This document shows positions 61,872-64,000 of a stretch of 64,000 nt of DNA, one piece after another (within the stretch, counting starts at the first letter, position 1; each line of letters starts with the position of its first letter). The position numbers and the translations under genes were made by a program. Origin of the DNA: Chthoniobacterales bacterium (GTDB lineage: Bacteria > Verrucomicrobiota > Verrucomicrobiia > Chthoniobacterales > Chthoniobacteraceae); NCBI GenBank assembly GCA_038207335.1, contig JBBQZX010000027.1, positions 1-64,000 of the forward strand, written 5' to 3'. The notes beneath the pieces are model-generated. The model made no database searches and was not told the DNA's origin. It was given only the letters and a program-made list of their open reading frames with translations.

Positions 61872-63671
61872 ATGAACGGCACCCCTGAATCCACCTCACC
61901 CCGGAAATTCTACACGCTGCTCACGATCGTCGTCCTCGTCGGAAGTCTATACTTTGGCCGCGAAGTTTTTCTTCCGCTCGTCCTCGCGATCCTGATCAGT
62001 TTCCTCCTCGCGCCGCTGATCAATCGGCTCGAATGCTGGAAATTGAACCGGGCTTTTTCGGTCATCGTGACCACGTTTTTCACGATGGGGGTGATCGGGA
62101 TCATCGGATACATCCTCGCCGGGCAGGTGCTCGATCTTGCGAACGAGCTGCCGAAATATCAGACGAACTTGCGGGCCAAAATCGAGTCTCTGAAGACTTC
62201 GGAGAACAGCCCAATCAGCAAAGCGACCAAGACGCTTCGCGAACTCGCGGTGGAGGTTTCCAATCCGGCCGCAGCGCGCCCGGCTGCTCCCAAAGCTCCG
62301 GACGTTCCCGTGCAGACGGCCGTTCCAGTGAAAGTCGTGGAGTCCACCGCCAGTCCGCTGGAGTTGGCGGAGAGTTATATCGGGACACTTCTCGGCTACC
62401 TCGCCTCCGCGGCGATCGTGGCGTTGTTCGTCATCTTCATTCTCCTGGAACGCGAGGACTTACGCGATCGCATCATTCATCTCGTCGGCAAACACCGCCT
62501 CCATCTCACCACGCAGGCGCTCGACGATGCGGCGCAGCGCGTGAGCCGATACCTCCGCGCGCAACTCATCGTCAACGCGACCTACGCGATCCTCATCGGG
62601 ACGGGGCTTTATTTCATCGGCATCCCCAACGCCATTTTGTGGGGCATCCTCGCGGGACTTTTCCGGTTCATCCCGTACCTCGGGCCTTTTCTTGGAGCGG
62701 CTTGTCCGCTCTCGCTCTCGTTGGCTGTGGCTCCTTCGTGGACGGCACCGTCGCTCACGACCGGGCTTTTCGTCGGCGTGGAATTGGTCTGCGCCAATGT
62801 GGTCGAGCCGTGGCTCTACGGCGCGGAGACGGGACTTTCACCGATGGCAGTGATCGTCGCTGCCGTATTCTGGGGCTGGCTGTGGGGCATCCCGGGGCTG
62901 CTGCTCGCCACTCCGCTCACCGTCTGTCTCGCGGTGCTCGGGAAACATATCCCGGGTCTCGTCTATCTCGATATCCTCCTCGGCGACAAACCGCCGATCG
63001 CTCTCGGCGACCGGCTTTATCAGCGTTTGCTCGCGCTCGATGAGGAAGAGTCGCTCGAACTCGTTGAAAAGCACATCGCCGAGGTCTCGCTCGCCAGCGC
63101 GTACGACGACGTAATTCTCCCTGCCATTCGACTCCTTGAGCAGGAGCGCCGCGACGGCTCGCTCAGCGCGGATTCGCGGCAGGAAATGTACACGCTCGTC
63201 CGGCGCCTCCTCACGGACATCGACGAAACGCCGCCGCCGCCCGACGACGTCGCAGTGCCGGTCCTCTGCCTCCCCGCGAGTAATGCGGCGGACGAAGTGG
63301 CGGCGATCATGCTCGCGCACCTTTTGGGAAAGCGCGGCGTCATGGCGCGCGTGCTTTCCAGCAAATCGCTCGTGAGCGAAATGATCGAAGTTTCCGCAAA
63401 GAGCGGCGCACCCATCCTCTGCATCTCCGCTGTGCCGCCCGGCTCTGTGATGCCCGCCACTCATTTGTGCAAGCGGCTTCGCGGGCGGTTGCCGGAGGCG
63501 CGGATCGTCGTCGGGCTGTGGCGCGAGGCCGATGTTGAGCGGCGTCAGCAGCGGCTCAAGCGAGTGAATGCAGACGACATTTTCGTGAAGCTCGACGCGG
63601 CCGCGAACGAGATCGCGATGGTCGCCGGGCTCGGTGGAAAGGCGTCCTCCGCGCCGGTCGTAAGCGCCTGA
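61872..63671 (+). CDS. AI-2E family transporter with cytoplasmic C-terminal extension
   Basis: FLLAP, FIPYLG, N..EP.LYG...GLSP, WG..G.LLA.PL. Confidence 0.9.
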   Translation: MNGTPESTSPRKFYTLLTIVVLVGSLYFGREVFLPLVLAILISFLLAPLINRLECWKLNRAFSVIVTTFFTMGVIGIIGYILAGQVLDLANELPKYQTNLRAKIESLKTSENSPISKATKTLRELAVEVSNPAAARPAAPKAPDVPVQTAVPVKVVESTASPLELAESYIGTLLGYLASAAIVALFVIFILLEREDLRDRIIHLVGKHRLHLTTQALDDAAQRVSRYLRAQLIVNATYAILIGTGLYFIGIPNAILWGILAGLFRFIPYLGPFLGAACPLSLSLAVAPSWTAPSLTTGLFVGVELVCANVVEPWLYGAETGLSPMAVIVAAVFWGWLWGIPGLLLATPLTVCLAVLGKHIPGLVYLDILLGDKPPIALGDRLYQRLLALDEEESLELVEKHIAEVSLASAYDDVILPAIRLLEQERRDGSLSADSRQEMYTLVRRLLTDIDETPPPPDDVAVPVLCLPASNAADEVAAIMLAHLLGKRGVMARVLSSKSLVSEMIEVSAKSGAPILCISAVPPGSVMPATHLCKRLRGRLPEARIVVGLWREADVERRQQRLKRVNADDIFVKLDAAANEIAMVAGLGGKASSAPVVSA

Positions 63672-63737
63672 GAGGCGTGATCGGTTTCGCGCAAAGTTGC
63701 CGCATCGGGAGCCGCGAGTAAGTTCCCGCCACGCGCG

Positions 63738-64000
63738 ATGGACGATCAACCTTTCGACTTTTCCACACCGGACGATGCGCCCGGAATCGCAGATCGCCTC
63801 GACGCCCTCATCGCCGCATTTCCACCCGGCGAACCCCTGCGGATGGCGCTGCTGGAGCTGCGAATGGAATTCGCCGAGCACGAGGAAATGATGGGCGAGG
63901 CACGGCAGGCCATCGAGAAAATGGAGGCGATCATTAAAAAACTCAGCTCGCCCGCGAACCGCATCGGCACCTTCATCGGCGCGCCCGGTGGAGTCACCGC
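63738..64000 (+). CDS. 5' end of probable ARC/Mpa-type proteasome AAA ATPase (runs off window)
   Basis: Open frame MDDQPFDF...EARQAIEKMEAIIKKLSSPANRIGTFIG: coiled coil followed by a P...G motif, like the ARC N-terminus; ATPase domain not visible. Confidence 0.5.
   Translation, partial: MDDQPFDFSTPDDAPGIADRLDALIAAFPPGEPLRMALLELRMEFAEHEEMMGEARQAIEKMEAIIKKLSSPANRIGTFIGAPGGVT

Overview
This is a GC-rich bacterial chromosomal window. Its gene content (PEP-CTERM protein, PSD1/planctomycete cytochrome + DUF1501 pair, ECF sigma/FecR pair, dnaK-groES-groEL operon) points to Verrucomicrobiota, probably Chthoniobacterales; this taxonomy is inference. About 50 genes are present, mostly core or lineage-typical. 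They include a cNMP/patatin + PaaK-like ligase + thiolase-fadJ-acyl-CoA dehydrogenase lipid catabolism operon, dnaK-groES-groEL, system II cytochrome c maturation genes, ybeY, clpS-DUF2017, tRNA-Leu(GAG), an AraC-RND efflux module, tolB-pal-glf, thiG, hom-thrC, tatD, three sigma factors, speA, HU, a CE15 esterase, an AI-2E transporter, and the 5' end of a probable ARC/Mpa proteasome-type ATPase. I saw no CRISPR array, rRNA, prophage or intact transposase. The most notable observations are: (1) a TPR protein carrying a stand-alone Hsp70 substrate-binding-like domain that aligns to the DnaK in this window; (2) a cNMP + degenerate MinD/ParA-like + patatin lipase heading a beta-oxidation operon whose CoA ligase has an atypical P-loop; (3) a degenerate 21-bp tandem array downstream of groEL; (4) several REP/REPIN-like and short-period inverted repeats; and (5) decayed chimeric gene remnants near the tRNA. 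All calls were made by eye, with no database searches.
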